Positions 25,094 through 42,689 are shown, counted from the stretch's first letter. The stretch is 64,000 nucleotides of DNA from Eledone cirrhosa (GCA_964016885.1 OZ024750.1:30566001-30630000), one strand, 5' to 3'. A program made the numbers and translations. The notes: a model not told the origin generated them from the letters alone.

Positions 25094-25629
25094 ATATATA
25101 TATATATATGATGATATATATATATGATGATATATATATATATATGATGATATATATATATGATGATATATATATATGATGATATATATATATATATATA
25201 TGATGATATATATATATATATATGATGATATATATATATATATATTAGTGGGATTGTCCCTGACCCTCACCAATGAGGATGGGAAGAGATCAGACATTAT
25301 ACATTAAAATATTTCAAATGCTTGTATTATGAATCAAATTAAGGGTAGAATCAGGAGAATGCTGGACAACATGCTTTGCAGCATATAGTTAAGGCCCTTT
25401 ACTTTCTGAGTTCAATCCCCACTGAGGTTAACTTAGCCTTGCATCTTTATAGGGGTTGATAAAATAAATTACCAATAACGCAATGAGGTTGATTTAATTG
25501 ATTATCCCTTTTCCTTCAAATTGCTGGACTTGTGCAAAAAGTCAAAACTATTATGAATCACACACTATGTTAGTGTCACTGGTAATTAATAAATAAAAAG
25601 TAAAAAAATGAAATGAAAATTTTCCATAC

Positions 25630-25776
25630 CATCCTCAACAAAACCTGGTGGACAAAAGCATCCCTCCACACAATAAGTAGAATTATCAGTAATATGAGTT
25701 TCTGATAAATCTCTACATGTTCTAGGGTTAGATGGACCGCATTCTTTATAGATTCGAGGTTCGTCACACATAATAG
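25630..25776 (-). CDS. Exon: TIL domain
   Basis: atttcag / gtatgg; 147 nt, phase 1-1; IMCDEPRIYKECGPSNPRTCRDL..CVEGCFCPPGFVED. Confidence 0.92.
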
Positions 25777-26403
25777 CTGAAATAAGACATAATAAATTTT
25801 AGTTATAATGTTTTACATATCAATGCTTGAATTATCTAATACAAAAATTTGAAGTTAACTGCACATAAAATACCAATTATGTATTATAAGAAGGATAATT
25901 ATTTCATGATTGCACTATTTATATGCACTGTACTGTATAGAAATAGTGTGTATAATTTATATACCATCATACTGTTCAAAATAAAACATGTTTTATGAAA
26001 ATCAACCAATAATTAATAAAGTTAACAATTTTAAATAAGGAGTTACAGACAAGCCAACCTCTAAAAAATTCAAACGGGGAGTATCCTGGAAAAAGTGCCC
26101 CAAAATGGGGAGATTTTACATAATGAAAGAGCTATACCTATTTTTACAAGAGAAGTATCGACCCCAAGTGGGTGGGAGATCTCCCCATCAGATGGGGAGA
26201 GTTGACAAGTCTGGTGTTACTCCCCCCCCCACCCCCCACACCTTGTAGTTATGTGTATATATGTATTTAATATCTTTGATACTAACCTGCCCCAAACCAG
26301 CTCTGGTGCTATGAAAAAAACCCACCAATTGTAAAAGTATCTAAATTACAATCTTCCGATATATCTTAATATAAAAACCTTTTGCTATGTTAGAAATGTC
26401 ATC

Positions 26404-26625
26404 TTAACCCTTTAATGTTCAAACCAGCCAAAACCGGCCAGAATTCTTTACCTCATTCTGTTGAAATTGGCTGTAACTGGTCGCTCATACCGATGTTAAG
26501 GTATTGTTCTCAAAATAAATACTTTCAAAATCTCATAGATTCGATATTATGTGAGATAATTATGTAAGCCTTTACCATGAAAATATAATACTATATTTAG
26601 TGTAATGTGAATGCTAAGGGGTTAA
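26404..26625. mobile_element. piggyBac-type MITE; related elements at 2842-3060, 7282-7500, 14574-14815, 29676-29998, 55134-55374
   Basis: ttaaccc...gggttaa ends with short terminal inverted repeats. Confidence 0.6.
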
Positions 26626-26799
26626 AAATGAAATATTAATTTTTGTAAATCCCTCCACATTCTTCATTAATTTATTGAACTACAGGGTACTATAATATAA
26701 ATATGGCCATAAAAAGGTTAAGTACACTCTCTTATACACATTCTATAACATGACATTTAAAACGTTTAGTGGAGCTGAGCCAATGACAGTGAAGTTCTT

Positions 26800-27000
26800 G
26801 TCATCGTGAGGTGTCAAGTGATGCATATAAGGGTGCCTGGTTGTTTCAGATCCTTAGCTTCTCCATCACCCAATCTTATTAAGGTGTCAGGTGATGCCTG
26901 CCATGAGGGTGCTTGGTTGTTTCAGTGCCTTAGCCTCACTATCACTCGTGGTAATGCTGCGAGCATGTTGGCTTGCCTCAAAGATTTCTGATGACCCTTG
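26800..27000 (+). mobile_element. Degraded 3' end of a CRE-like element
   Basis: WLFQCLSLTITRGNAASML resembles the FQRISLAIQRGNAASIL terminus. Confidence 0.6.
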
Positions 27001-27200
27001 TGTTGTGTGACTGATTGACGCAGTGTTGAATTGATGGGTTTTTTTTCTCGCTTTGATTATATGTATTTGTATATTATATTTATAAGGTTCTTAGCAATAA
27101 TTAATTGTATATATTATTCTATAATATGTAATAATTATGAATGTCTATGGAAATCTTGCTCTTACATACAATTATGTATATTTCTATTTTCATACATTAG

Positions 27201-27240
<40 letters not shown>

Positions 27241-27629
27241 TATCTATCTATCTATCTTAGGCGGGTAAAATTCCCGAGATCCATGGACGAGTTCTCTCCA
27301 GCGGTCTCTGTCCCTCATTATCGCTGCCATGTCCTGCATCTCCAACAGACCAGTGTCTGTCCTTAGGGCATCAACATACGTTAAGCTTGGTCTTCCTCTT
27401 CTAGTGTGTCCATGTAGGGGCTCTCAAAGGAGCACTGAGTGCAATGTCAACTCTGGATGTCGGTGAGCATGTCCAGCTAACCTCAGTCTCCTCTGTGTCA
27501 CTTTTGAGCTGACTTTTGGGATGCTCCCATACAGCTCTGAGTTTTTCATCCTCAGTGTATACTGATTAATGTTCAGAGCCATCCTCAGCATTCTCGTGTA
27601 GCACCCATCCACCATCTGAGTGAGTTTCA
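27241..27629 (-). mobile_element. 3' fragment of the same LINE family as 11741-12187, (TAGA)n tail
   Basis: DGCYTRMLRMALNI..RLRLAGH; DNA closely similar to 11755-12100. Confidence 0.85.
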
Positions 27630-28867
27630 CATATATATAGGGAAAACAGGTATAACCCTTTCATTACTATATTAAAAGAAACACTGCGTATAATTTTAAA
27701 ATCAAGAATTTGAAGTCGTTTAGTAATATAACTAAATTTCTCATTGTATATTGGGTTTTGTTACAATGTAACGAAGGTTAATTTAGATTATGATGGACAT
27801 TTTTTAGTTGAATAAATAAAGAGTTTAAATGAAACAGTTTGTATTGTAGAACTAAAGGGAATTTTATGCAGTTTGGTATCAATTATGTCAGGTCACACTC
27901 GAGTGCTACTGGTAGCGAGTGACCCAGTACAACCTGTTGCATAGTTGGGTCATCATTAAGTTTACTTGGTGAGGAGGATAATTTTGGACACCCTGCAGGA
28001 CAAAAAATAAAACCTGACAAAGGGTGGAAGAACTCATAAGAGTCAACGGCCATCTAAAAGAAAAGAAAATCCTGCCAAATCAATGGGTGGCAGTATTTCC
28101 AGCTGCACACATCGAAAGACTGGTGTAGTGGTTCTGAGAACAATGAGGCTTTGCAGTTGATCAATGCAAATTGACAATGGAAAGGTGCTCCTGCTTGAGT
28201 TAGAAGAGAACTATTGACCTTCAGGAGAAGCAGCGACCCCTGATTGTATTCAGCAACTGAAACAAATATGAAGTACACCAAATCCAATGTTCCTAGGGGC
28301 AGCCCTGGTTCTTCTTATTTGCGAGTGTAAACTTGGCCAGATTAAATTAGATTAGATGGTATCAAAACAGATAAACAAAGAATTATACATGTTGAAACAA
28401 TGAATGGTCACAAAGGCAGGGCATACTTAGTAAAAAGCATTAATCATCTGACTGTTTAATTGTTTCTCCTTATATTTTCATGATGCTATGGTCAGATCAG
28501 GCTTTTGCTTGCTACTGGTACCATGTAACCTAGTACAACCTGCTTCATGGTTGAGTCGTCAGCAACTAAAGTCGCTGCTCCACCAGACCTTGATCTGGAG
28601 AGTAGGGTAATTGGAACCCCAGCTATAAAAATGGGCAGATGAACTCCTGAAAGTCAATGGCTATCCACCCCCAACTATGGGTTAAACAGCTTCACCAACC
28701 CCCAACTGGCCAAGCATAGTGAGTATGCTCGCACCCCAGAAATGACCAAAACTAAATAGAAAGCATTGGAGGTCAATCAGGGAGGGCTTCCTCCAATAGG
28801 AATGAGAAGGCGCTGGATTGGATTGGATCTTTTGATGATAACATCTTTATTTACAAATAATACTTAC

Positions 28868-28977
28868 CACATCTATCATTGTTTCGCCACCTAACTACAA
28901 CACCAAGGTTTGTACATCTGGCGGCAAAGTTTGCAATAGAGGTACACATACATTCACAGTCTCCTCCTAAGTTGCAG
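28868..28977 (-). CDS. Exon: second half of C8 domain
   Basis: ctaatag / gtaagt; 110 nt, phase 2 to 1; CNLGGDCECMCTSIANFAARCTNLGVVVRWRNNDRC, the D3-type GGDCECxC motif. Confidence 0.93.
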
Positions 28978-29283
28978 CTATTAGAATTAGAATAAAACAC
29001 AAAAATCAAATAAGCAGCAGTATATATGACTGTATAGAATATTATATACATTATTAACAGAAGAAGACTGTTAGTTAGCTATTTATCTGTAGCCATGTAA
29101 CTATTTTAGCAGTAGTAAGATGAGATTTGAAACCGTAATACACAGAATTAAAGTAGGTACCACAAGGTATCTCTAGGAAGAGGAAAGGCAAAGTTAACAA
29201 AGTTAACCTCAAGAGGATTTGAACATAGAATGCAGGGAGCTAGAACAAATACTAAAATATATTTAATACAGTGCTTTAATGAC

Positions 29284-29640
29284 TTTACTCATTAGTCAAC
29301 TATATCTGAGAAATATTTTAAATCTTTACTAATTAGTCAATTATATGTTAGAAATATTTTAAATCTTTACTAATTAGTCAACTATATGTTACAAATATTT
29401 TAAATCCCTATTGATTAGACAGCTATATGTTAGAAATATTTTAAATCTTTACTAATTAGCCAGCTATATTTCTGACATATTTTAAATCCCTATTAATTAG
29501 TGAACTGTTAAAAATTAATCTCTAATAATTAGTGAACTCTACGTTAAAAATTAATCTCTAATAATTAGTGAACTCTATGTTAAAAATAAATCCCTATTTA
29601 TTAGTGAACTCTATGTTAAAAATTAATCTCTAATAATTAG
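29284..29640. repeat. AT-rich ~37-39-bp minisatellite
   Basis: Repeats of ctttactaattagtcaactatatgttagaaatattttaaat and variants. Confidence 0.85.
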
Positions 29641-30174
29641 CTAGCACTAAGGCAGACATTTTAAATGACTACTCTTTAACCTCTTCAATGCCATAGACGA
29701 AATAACTCGTCTTAACATGCATGCATTCCAGTGCCACGGACAAGATAACTCGTCCTAACATGTTTGAACTCAAAGTTATGAAATCGTTTCCAACAGTTCA
29801 AAGCTAGATGGGGTTACTAGTTTATTGATGTGACGTTTGTCAATCATTCAGATAAGTGTTAATAAATGTTTGTTTAAAAAAATAGTCATTTTACTGAAAG
29901 AAAACCTGGCACAGCAACTGTAGCTGTGTAAAATATACACAGCAGTCAACACAGCAACTGTAGCTGTGTAAAATATACATGGCAGTCAACAGGTTAGCTA
30001 ACTATGTCAGATATATTTTAAATCTGTAGTCTTTAGGGAACTCTATATTAAAAATATTTTAAATCTCTACCCTTTAGTGAATGTAGTATTGGATAGAATG
30101 CTTTGTTCTGTTTGTTTGTTTCTTGAATTAAAGTCTGGCCGTGGTGAACTTTGCCTTTAATCCTTTTAGTATTA

Positions 30175-31012
30175 ACTAGCAGAATGGCCCGGCGTTACTC
30201 AGGATTTGCTCTAGGGTTCTTATATATTTGATATATATTTATCCTTATCAAGCCTCGTGAAATAAATACGTTTGTTTATATTTTGTTATCGTGTATGCAA
30301 AAATATCTGTACACGAATATATAATTATGTATATATATAACAGTACAGAGAAGTGCGGAATACCTCGGCCTCAGGATGGTGTCTACATTTTGTGCTTATA
30401 AAACAATTTTGTTGTAGATTACCAGGTTTTTTTTCCATGCGAGGAAAATCAATACTTTATCGCGAAATAAATACTTTTGCTTATATTTTGTTACTGTGTA
30501 TGCCAAAATATCTGTACATGAATATATAATTATATATATATATATATTAAAATAACAGATTAAAGTTTAAGCAAAGAATCGTTGCTTTCAGCCTTAACGG
30601 GATCTCCTGAAACTAAAAAAATCAATCTGTGAACGCAGAAGTAAATATTTCGAAAAACGTTACACACTATATATATATATATATACTCACACTATATATA
30701 TATATACACACACACACACTGCATCATAATGTCGTAATGCAGACAACCAGACATTACAGACAGATATTATAAGGGCACAACGTTATATCTATGTATCTAT
30801 CTAAAAATAGAAAGACTAAGAATTATAGAGAGAGATCGCTAAATTGCCTAATGCGGTCCGTAGGGCATGGAAAATTTGAAATTTGTTTTCCTCAAAACAC
30901 TCACAGGACCATAAGTATTACATGTGTAAAGTTTGAAAACAATCGGTTGGGTGGTTCTCGAGTTTTAGTGAGCTGACAGACAGACATACATTCTTTGTTT
31001 TAGATATTTAGA
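30175..31012 (+). mobile_element. Possible non-autonomous Helitron/Helentron-like element
   Basis: 5' actagcagaatggcccggcg, internal microsatellites and duplication, 3' gacagacagaca..tttagat. Confidence 0.45.
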
Positions 31013-31329
31013 TAATTTAAGTATCTGTTCAGTACTGGAGGGAGAGGACAAAGCACAACTAACAAATTTTATATATTGTTGTGTGTGTGCATGAGAATTA
31101 CTAACACTTTCATCTGAAGACTGCCATGCTACTCCTACCCTAATATGTTGTCCGCCTCATGGTCCCAGCTGACAGTCCTGCTCATTATGGAAGTAACTGA
31201 CTGTAATCAAATCTGAAGAAGGATGAATGTTCCCTGCCAGGTTTAAAAAGCTGAAGACCACAATGGTGCTCTTTGGTTGCATTAATTAGGAGTTGAGGCC
31301 TCATCCTCATTGAAATATACCACATACTG

Positions 31330-31568
31330 GTCTCCTTTACCCAAGACAGCTTTAGAGGAGGGTTAAACGGACACATACTCATACCCTTTACCCAAAGAAG
31401 GGTGCTTTAAAGGAGGGTTAAAAGAATACATACTGGAGTCCTTTACCCACAACAGCTTTAAAGGAGGGTTAAAAACTGGTCTCTTTTACCCAAGACAGCT
31501 TTAAAGGAGGGTTAAATGGACACATACTGGAGTCCTTTACCCAAGAGAGCTTTGAAGGAGGGTTAAAA
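31330..31568. repeat. ~45-55-bp minisatellite next to an exon donor
   Basis: Five copies of tttacccaagacagctttaaaggagggttaaa-like units. Confidence 0.85.
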
Positions 31569-31589
31569 GAACAAACAAATACAACTTAC

Positions 31590-31729
31590 CCACAAGAATC
31601 CTGTAAGCAGTCATCATAATATTCCTGTACAACACTATCAGGTAACATATTTCGACAGAATGAGAATACATTGTCATATTTAATCACTTTACATGTCTCA
31701 ATAGCCCATGGTTTTCTATTTGGCTGGAT
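31590..31729 (-). CDS. Exon: first half of C8 domain
   Basis: aattcag / gtaagt; 140 nt, phase 0 to 2; IQPNRKPWAIETCKVIK..FSFCR..YYDDCLQDSCG. Confidence 0.92.
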
Positions 31730-32218
31730 CTGAATTATAGAAAGTTTTAAAAGGTGTTAGTAAAATATTGGCAGAATACATATTTAAGAATGAATAAAGT
31801 CATCCATTTGAAATATAGTCTTTCCAATGCAAATGACCATAATAATAGTTCTTCACTATAAATAGTAGATGAGAAAATCAGATAGAGAAAAAAGTGGACA
31901 GTGGTACCTCAAAGAATAAATTATGTAATTTTTAAAACTATTATTTACAGTGATCAACTATTATTATGGTTATTTACATAGGGACGACTACATTTAAAAT
32001 GTTATCAATGTTTCTTAAGTCAACCAGCTATTAATATCTTAAGAAATCTTTCTTGAAGAAAAATATAATTTTACATCTCAATATATATTAGTGTCCTAGT
32101 GTTGTAATGAGAGTTAGTGCCAAAATAAAAAGCACCTAGTATACTGGGTGATTGTTTATGGTGTAGATCACAACAACAGACAATAAAAAAATAAACAAAT
32201 AAATACGTTTCAACATAC

Positions 32219-32415
32219 CTCACACATATCTGGTAAAAATGCACGGGTTTGTGGGCAATCATAAAGTCTCCAAGAACGAGCAAATTCTGAAGGCACATTT
32301 TCTACGGAATTAGACCTTGTTTTGAAGTCATTTGTAGAATCTTGATCGAAGTTGCCACATAATCCTTTCACTTTTCCACTCCATTCATTGCTAAGCTGGA
32401 CATATACTCTAGTAC
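32219..32415 (-). CDS. Exon: end of VWD domain (D3-like)
   Basis: tatttag / gtatgt; 197 nt, phase 1 to 0; GTRVYVQLSNEWSGKVKGLCGNFDQDSTNDF...FARSWRLYDCP. Confidence 0.93.
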
Positions 32416-32616
32416 CTAAATAATAGAAATATAAACACTATTCCAATTGCAGTTTAGCTACTGATGCTCCAGTGTATGTCAATATATATATATATATATA
32501 TATATAGAAAGGTTTGAATGGATACAGTTTAGTTGAAAGGAATTTATTGACACGTGTTTCTATAACAGTTACATAACAATACATACAATATTTATATTAC
32601 AACACAACGGAAAATA

Positions 32617-32675
<59 letters not shown>

Positions 32676-32735
32676 GTATATATATGTATGTATATATATA
32701 TGAATATATATATGTATATATATCATTACATATAC

Positions 32736-32811
<76 letters not shown>

Positions 32812-32837
32812 GTATATATATACATATATATATATAC

Positions 32838-32898
<61 letters not shown>

Positions 32899-33144
32899 CA
32901 TATATAATATATATATATACATATATATATAACATATATATATATATACATATATATTTATATATATACATATATATATATATTTATATATACATATATA
33001 TACATATATATTTATATATATACATATATATAATATTTATATATATACATATATATATATATATTTATATATGTACATATATATATATATTATATATGTA
33101 CATATATATATATATTTATATATATACATATATAAATATATACA

Positions 33145-33216
<72 letters not shown>

Positions 33217-33252
33217 CATATATATATATACATATATATGCATATTTATATA

Positions 33253-33292
<40 letters not shown>

Positions 33293-33338
33293 CATATATA
33301 TATATACATATATACATATTTATATATATATGTATATA

Positions 33339-33369
<31 letters not shown>

Positions 33370-33480
33370 TATATATACATATATATATATACATATATAT
33401 GCATATTTATATATATATGTATATATATATATATATATATATAACATATATATATATACATATATATACATATTTATATA

Positions 33481-33522
<42 letters not shown>

Positions 33523-33565
33523 ATATATATACATATATATACATATTTATATATATATGTATATA

Positions 33566-33597
<32 letters not shown>

Positions 33598-33800
33598 CAT
33601 ATATATACATATTTATATATATACATATATATATATATTATATATATACATATATATACATATATATTTATATATATACATATATATATATATTTATATA
33701 TATACATATATATATATATTTATATATGTACATATATATATATATTTATATATGTACATATATATATATATTTATATATATACATATATAAATATATACA

Positions 33801-33852
<52 letters not shown>

Positions 33853-33892
33853 ATATAACATATATATATATACATATATATGCATATTTATA

Positions 33893-33946
<54 letters not shown>

Positions 33947-33968
33947 CATATATATACATATTTATATA

Positions 33969-34013
<45 letters not shown>

Positions 34014-34058
34014 TTATATATACATATATATATATACATATATATGCATATTTATATA

Positions 34059-34104
<46 letters not shown>

Positions 34105-34127
34105 CATATATATACATATTTAATATA

Positions 34128-34177
<50 letters not shown>

Positions 34178-34199
34178 CATATATATACATATTTATATA

Positions 34200-34249
<50 letters not shown>

Positions 34250-34277
34250 CATATATATACATATTTATATATATATG

Positions 34278-34326
<49 letters not shown>

Positions 34327-34342
34327 CATATATATATAATAC

Positions 34343-34373
<31 letters not shown>

Positions 34374-34423
34374 CATATATATTTATATATATACATATAT
34401 ATATATACATATATATATAAACA

Positions 34424-34457
<34 letters not shown>

Positions 34458-34462
34458 CATAC

Positions 34463-34495
<33 letters not shown>

Positions 34496-34542
34496 CATAT
34501 ATTTATATATATACATATATATATAAACATATATATATAAAC

Positions 34543-34573
<31 letters not shown>

Positions 34574-34605
34574 CATACATATATATATATATATATATAC
34601 ATATA

Positions 34606-34963
34606 TGCAGTGTAAATGTGCGTGAACGACCCAGCATAAATGTGTTGAGAGAGAAACTGTGTCTGAGAGGGATAGAATGTAGTGTACGGGAGAGGAGACT
34701 GAGGTGGTATGGACATGTGATGCGCATGGAGGATGACCGATGGGTGAAGAAGTGCCAGGAAATGCCAGTTGAAGGAAGACGTGGTAGAGATAGACCACGA
34801 AAAACATGGGCGGAGGTGGTGAGAACAGACCTCAGATCATTGAAGCTCACGGTGGAGATGACGAGGGACCGTGACGAGTGGAGAGATGCTGTGCTGAATA
34901 AGACCCGTCCCACCCTTGCAAGCAGGGAAAAGTGGACGTAAAATGATGATGATGATGATGATG
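34606..34963 (+). mobile_element. RTE 3' fragment inside the (TA)n field
   Basis: [27 protein letters not shown]; (GAT)n tail. Confidence 0.9.
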
Positions 34964-35299
34964 ATATATATATATATACACATATATATATATATACATA
35001 TATATATATACATATATATATATATACATATATATTTATACATATATATATATATACATATATATTTATATATATACATATATATTTATATATATACATA
35101 TATATTTATATATATACATATATATTTATATATATACATATATATTTATATATTACATATATATACATATATATTTATATATATACATATATATTTATAT
35201 ATATACATATATATTTATATATATACATATATATACATATATATTTATATATATACATATATATATATATAAACATACATATACATTTATATATATACA

Positions 35300-35407
<108 letters not shown>

Positions 35408-35422
35408 CAAATATATATATAC

Positions 35423-35453
<31 letters not shown>

Positions 35454-35468
35454 CAAATATATATATAC

Positions 35469-35595
<127 letters not shown>

Positions 35596-35685
35596 CATAT
35601 ATATATATACATATATATATATATACATATATATATATACATATATATACATATATATATATACATATATATATATATATTTATA

Positions 35686-35717
<32 letters not shown>

Positions 35718-35940
35718 CATACATATATATATATATACATATATATATACATACATATATATTTATATATATACATATATATTTATATATATACATATAT
35801 ATTTATATATATACATATATATATACATACATATATATTTATATATATACATATATATATATATACATACATATATATTTATATATATACATATATATAT
35901 ATTTATATATATACATATATATATATACATATATATATAC

Positions 35941-36007
<67 letters not shown>

Positions 36008-36054
36008 CATATATATATATACATATATATATGTATATACATATATATATATAC

Positions 36055-36105
<51 letters not shown>

Positions 36106-36314
36106 TACATATATATACATATATACATATATATATACATATATACATATATATAGTAATAATAATAAAATTGAAGACTAAAATCCAAAGAGGGCTCGAT
36201 ACATGTATATTTATATATATACATATATATATATAATCACATATATACATGTATATTTATATATATACATATATATATATAATCACATATATACATGTAT
36301 ATTTATATATATAC

Positions 36315-36347
<33 letters not shown>

Positions 36348-36349
36348 AG

Positions 36350-36383
<34 letters not shown>

Positions 36384-36466
36384 AACATATATATATACAT
36401 ATATATAAACATATATATAAACATATATATATACATATATATATATATATAAACATATATATATGC

Positions 36467-36498
<32 letters not shown>

Positions 36499-36600
36499 AT
36501 ATATACATATATATATACATATATATATACATATATATATACATATATATATACATATATATATACATATATATATACATATATACATATATATACATAT

Positions 36601-36645
<45 letters not shown>

Positions 36646-36696
36646 CATATATATATACATATATATATACATATATATATATACATATATATAAAC

Positions 36697-36729
<33 letters not shown>

Positions 36730-36740
36730 TAAAGATATAC

Positions 36741-36775
<35 letters not shown>

Positions 36776-36794
36776 CATATATATAAAGATATAC

Positions 36795-36825
<31 letters not shown>

Positions 36826-36844
36826 CATATATATAAAGATATAC

Positions 36845-36875
<31 letters not shown>

Positions 36876-36939
36876 CATATATATAAAGATATACATATAT
36901 ATATATACATATATATAAAGATATACATATATATATGTA

Positions 36940-36997
<58 letters not shown>

Positions 36998-37084
36998 TAA
37001 AGATATACATATATATATATAAAGATATACATATATATATACATATATATACACATATATATATATATACATATATATACACAC

Positions 37085-37115
<31 letters not shown>

Positions 37116-37191
37116 CATATATATTATACATATATACATATATATATATACATATACATATATACATATATATATATACATATACATACAC

Positions 37192-37226
<35 letters not shown>

Positions 37227-37251
37227 CATATATATATACATATATATACAC

Positions 37252-37282
<31 letters not shown>

Positions 37283-37570
37283 CATATATATACACACATA
37301 TATATATATATATACATATATATACATATATATATATACATATACATATATACATATATATATATAATACATATATATATATATATATATACATATATAT
37401 TTATATATATACATATATATATATACATACATATATATTTATATATATACATATATATATATACATACATATATATTTATATATATATACATATATATAT
37501 ATACATATATATATATTTATATATATACATATATATATATACATATATTTATATATATACATATATATAC

Positions 37571-37621
<51 letters not shown>

Positions 37622-37640
37622 CAGATATATATATATATAC

Positions 37641-37771
<131 letters not shown>

Positions 37772-37826
37772 TATATATATTTACATATATATATATATAC
37801 ATATATATATATATTTATATATATAC

Positions 37827-37859
<33 letters not shown>

Positions 37860-38345
37860 CATACATATATATATATATACATATATATATACATATACAT
37901 ATATATATATACATACATATATATTTATATATATACATATATATTTATATATATACATATATATATATATACATACATATATATTTATATATATACATAT
38001 ATATATATACATACATATATATTTATATATATACATATATATATATATACATACATATATATTTATATATATACATATATATATATATACATACATATAT
38101 ATTTATATATATACATATATATATATACATACATATATATTTATATATATACATATATATATATACATATATTTATATATATACATATATATATATACAT
38201 ATATATATACATATATTTATATATATACATATATATATATACATATATATATATACATGGAAAGTTATATTTAAAATTGTTGGGTTACAACTAGTAAATA
38301 TTTATAACTGATATAAAAGCACTCGACAAATATTTGGAGTATATT

Positions 38346-38773
38346 TACAATATTAAATAAATGGAAAACTATATTTATAAAACCATATTTATTTCATTAT
38401 ATATATTTCGGGGATATCATATTAACAATATGCTATGCCTTCATCAGACAAAATACAATATAAACAGTTTTATAGATAAATAGATTCGACATACCGTTAT
38501 AACACCGACTTCATTTGAAGAGGTTTAAGCTGGCAGTCCAGCATACCGTTATAACACCGACTTCATTTGAAGAGGTTTAAGCTGCCAGCTTAAACCTCTT
38601 CAAATGAAGTTGGGTGTTATAACGGTATGTCGAATCTATTTATCTATAAAACTGTTTATATTGTATTTTGTCTGATGAAGGCATAGCATATTGTTAATAT
38701 GATATCCCCGAAATATATACAATGAAATAAATATGGTTTTATAAATATAGTTTTCCATTTATTTAATATTGTA
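38346..38773. repeat. Long palindrome (~190-bp arms) with a degenerate hammerhead core in each arm
   Basis: 38346-38537 is the near-exact reverse complement of 38582-38773; CTGATGA at 38672 and GAAA at 38710, mirrored at 38406-38447. Confidence 0.9.
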
Positions 38774-38802
38774 TATATATATACATATATTTATATATAT
38801 AC

Positions 38803-38855
<53 letters not shown>

Positions 38856-38878
38856 CATATATACATATACATATATAC

Positions 38879-38911
<33 letters not shown>

Positions 38912-39095
38912 CATATATACATATATATACATATATACATATATATATATTTATACATATATACATATATATAGTAATAATAATAAAATTGAAGACTAAA
39001 ATCCAAAGAGGGCTCGATACATGTATATTTATATATATACATATATATATATACATATATATACATGTATATTTATATATATACATATATATATG

Positions 39096-39144
<49 letters not shown>

Positions 39145-39164
39145 ATATATATATATGTATAAAC

Positions 39165-39219
<55 letters not shown>

Positions 39220-39222
39220 AAC

Positions 39223-39289
<67 letters not shown>

Positions 39290-39304
39290 AACATATATAT
39301 ATAC

Positions 39305-39353
<49 letters not shown>

Positions 39354-39570
39354 TATATACATATATATATACATATATATATACATATATATATATACAT
39401 ATATATATACATATATATATACATATATATATACATATATATAATATACATATATATACATATATATACATATATATATACATATATATATACATATATA
39501 TATACATATATATATACATATATATATACATATATATATACATATATATATACATATATACATACATATA

Positions 39571-39618
<48 letters not shown>

Positions 39619-39671
39619 CATATATATATATATATAATATACATATATATAAAGATATACATATATATACA

Positions 39672-39703
<32 letters not shown>

Positions 39704-39716
39704 CATATATATATAC

Positions 39717-39747
<31 letters not shown>

Positions 39748-40060
39748 CATATATATATACATATATATATATAGTATATATACATATATAAAGATATACA
39801 TATATATATACATATATATACATATATATATAAAGATATACATATATATATACATATATATACATATATATATACATATATATACATATATATATATAAA
39901 GATATATATATAAAGATATATAATACATATATATACATATATATATATAAAGATATATATATAAAGATATATATATATACATATATATATATATACATAT
40001 ATATATATACATATATTATACATATATATACACATATATATATATATACATATAAGAAAC

Positions 40061-40092
<32 letters not shown>

Positions 40093-40332
40093 CATATATA
40101 TATATACATATATATATATACATATATATATATACATATACATATATACATATATTATACATATAATATATATACATATACATATATATATATACATATA
40201 TATATACATATATATATACATATATATATACATATATATACATATATATATATACATATACATATATATATATACATATACATATATATATATACATATA
40301 TATATACATATATAATACATATATATATATAC

Positions 40333-40377
<45 letters not shown>

Positions 40378-40417
40378 CATATATATATACATACATATAT
40401 ATACATATACATATACA

Positions 40418-40451
<34 letters not shown>

Positions 40452-40464
40452 CATATATATATAC

Positions 40465-40519
<55 letters not shown>

Positions 40520-40548
40520 CATATATATATACACATATATATATATAC

Positions 40549-40695
<147 letters not shown>

Positions 40696-40782
40696 CATAT
40701 ATATACATATATATATATACATATATATATATACATATACATATATATATATACATATATATATATATACATATATATATAC

Positions 40783-40832
<50 letters not shown>

Positions 40833-40896
40833 ATATACATATATATATACATATATACATATATATATATACATATATATATATATACATATATAT

Positions 40897-40944
<48 letters not shown>

Positions 40945-41019
40945 TATATACATATATATATATATACATATATATATATACATATATATATATATACATA
41001 TATACATATATATATATAC

Positions 41020-41052
<33 letters not shown>

Positions 41053-41208
41053 CATATACATACATATACATATATATACATATATATACATATACATATA
41101 CATATACATATATATACATATACATATACATATATATATATACATATATATATACATATATATATATAACATATATATACATACATATACATACATATAT
41201 ATACATAC

Positions 41209-41239
<31 letters not shown>

Positions 41240-41240
41240 C

Positions 41241-41275
<35 letters not shown>

Positions 41276-41290
41276 CATATATATACATAC

Positions 41291-41323
<33 letters not shown>

Positions 41324-41408
41324 CATATATATACATACATATATACATATATATATATATACATATATATATATACACATATATATATATACATATATAT
41401 ATATACAC

Positions 41409-41525
<117 letters not shown>

Positions 41526-41526
41526 C

Positions 41527-41571
<45 letters not shown>

Positions 41572-41615
41572 TATATACATATATATATATATTATATATA
41601 TATATACATATATAA

Positions 41616-41715
<100 letters not shown>

Positions 41716-41728
41716 CATATATATATAC

Positions 41729-41841
<113 letters not shown>

Positions 41842-41868
41842 CATATATATATATACATATATATATAC

Positions 41869-41903
<35 letters not shown>

Positions 41904-41960
41904 CATATATACATATATATATATATACATATATATATACATATATATATATATATATTC

Positions 41961-41995
<35 letters not shown>

Positions 41996-42014
41996 CATAT
42001 ATACATATATATAT

Positions 42015-42047
<33 letters not shown>

Positions 42048-42108
42048 TATATATATACATATATATATACATATATACATATATATATATATATACATAT
42101 ATATATAC

Positions 42109-42153
<45 letters not shown>

Positions 42154-42204
42154 TATATACATATATACATATATATATACATATATATATACATATATAT
42201 ATAC

Positions 42205-42273
<69 letters not shown>

Positions 42274-42277
42274 GATA

Positions 42278-42385
<108 letters not shown>

Positions 42386-42386
42386 C

Positions 42387-42429
<43 letters not shown>

Positions 42430-42480
42430 TATATACATATATATACATACATATATACATATATATACATACATATATAC

Positions 42481-42511
<31 letters not shown>

Positions 42512-42530
42512 CACATATATATATATACAC

Positions 42531-42565
<35 letters not shown>

Positions 42566-42577
42566 CATATATATACA

Positions 42578-42627
<50 letters not shown>

Positions 42628-42639
42628 CATATATATACA

Positions 42640-42689
<50 letters not shown>

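Noticed and set aside
36165-36210. ttgaaga..cgatacatgta as a hammerhead remnant
   Set aside because: Two core substitutions and no stem II; cannot be supported.
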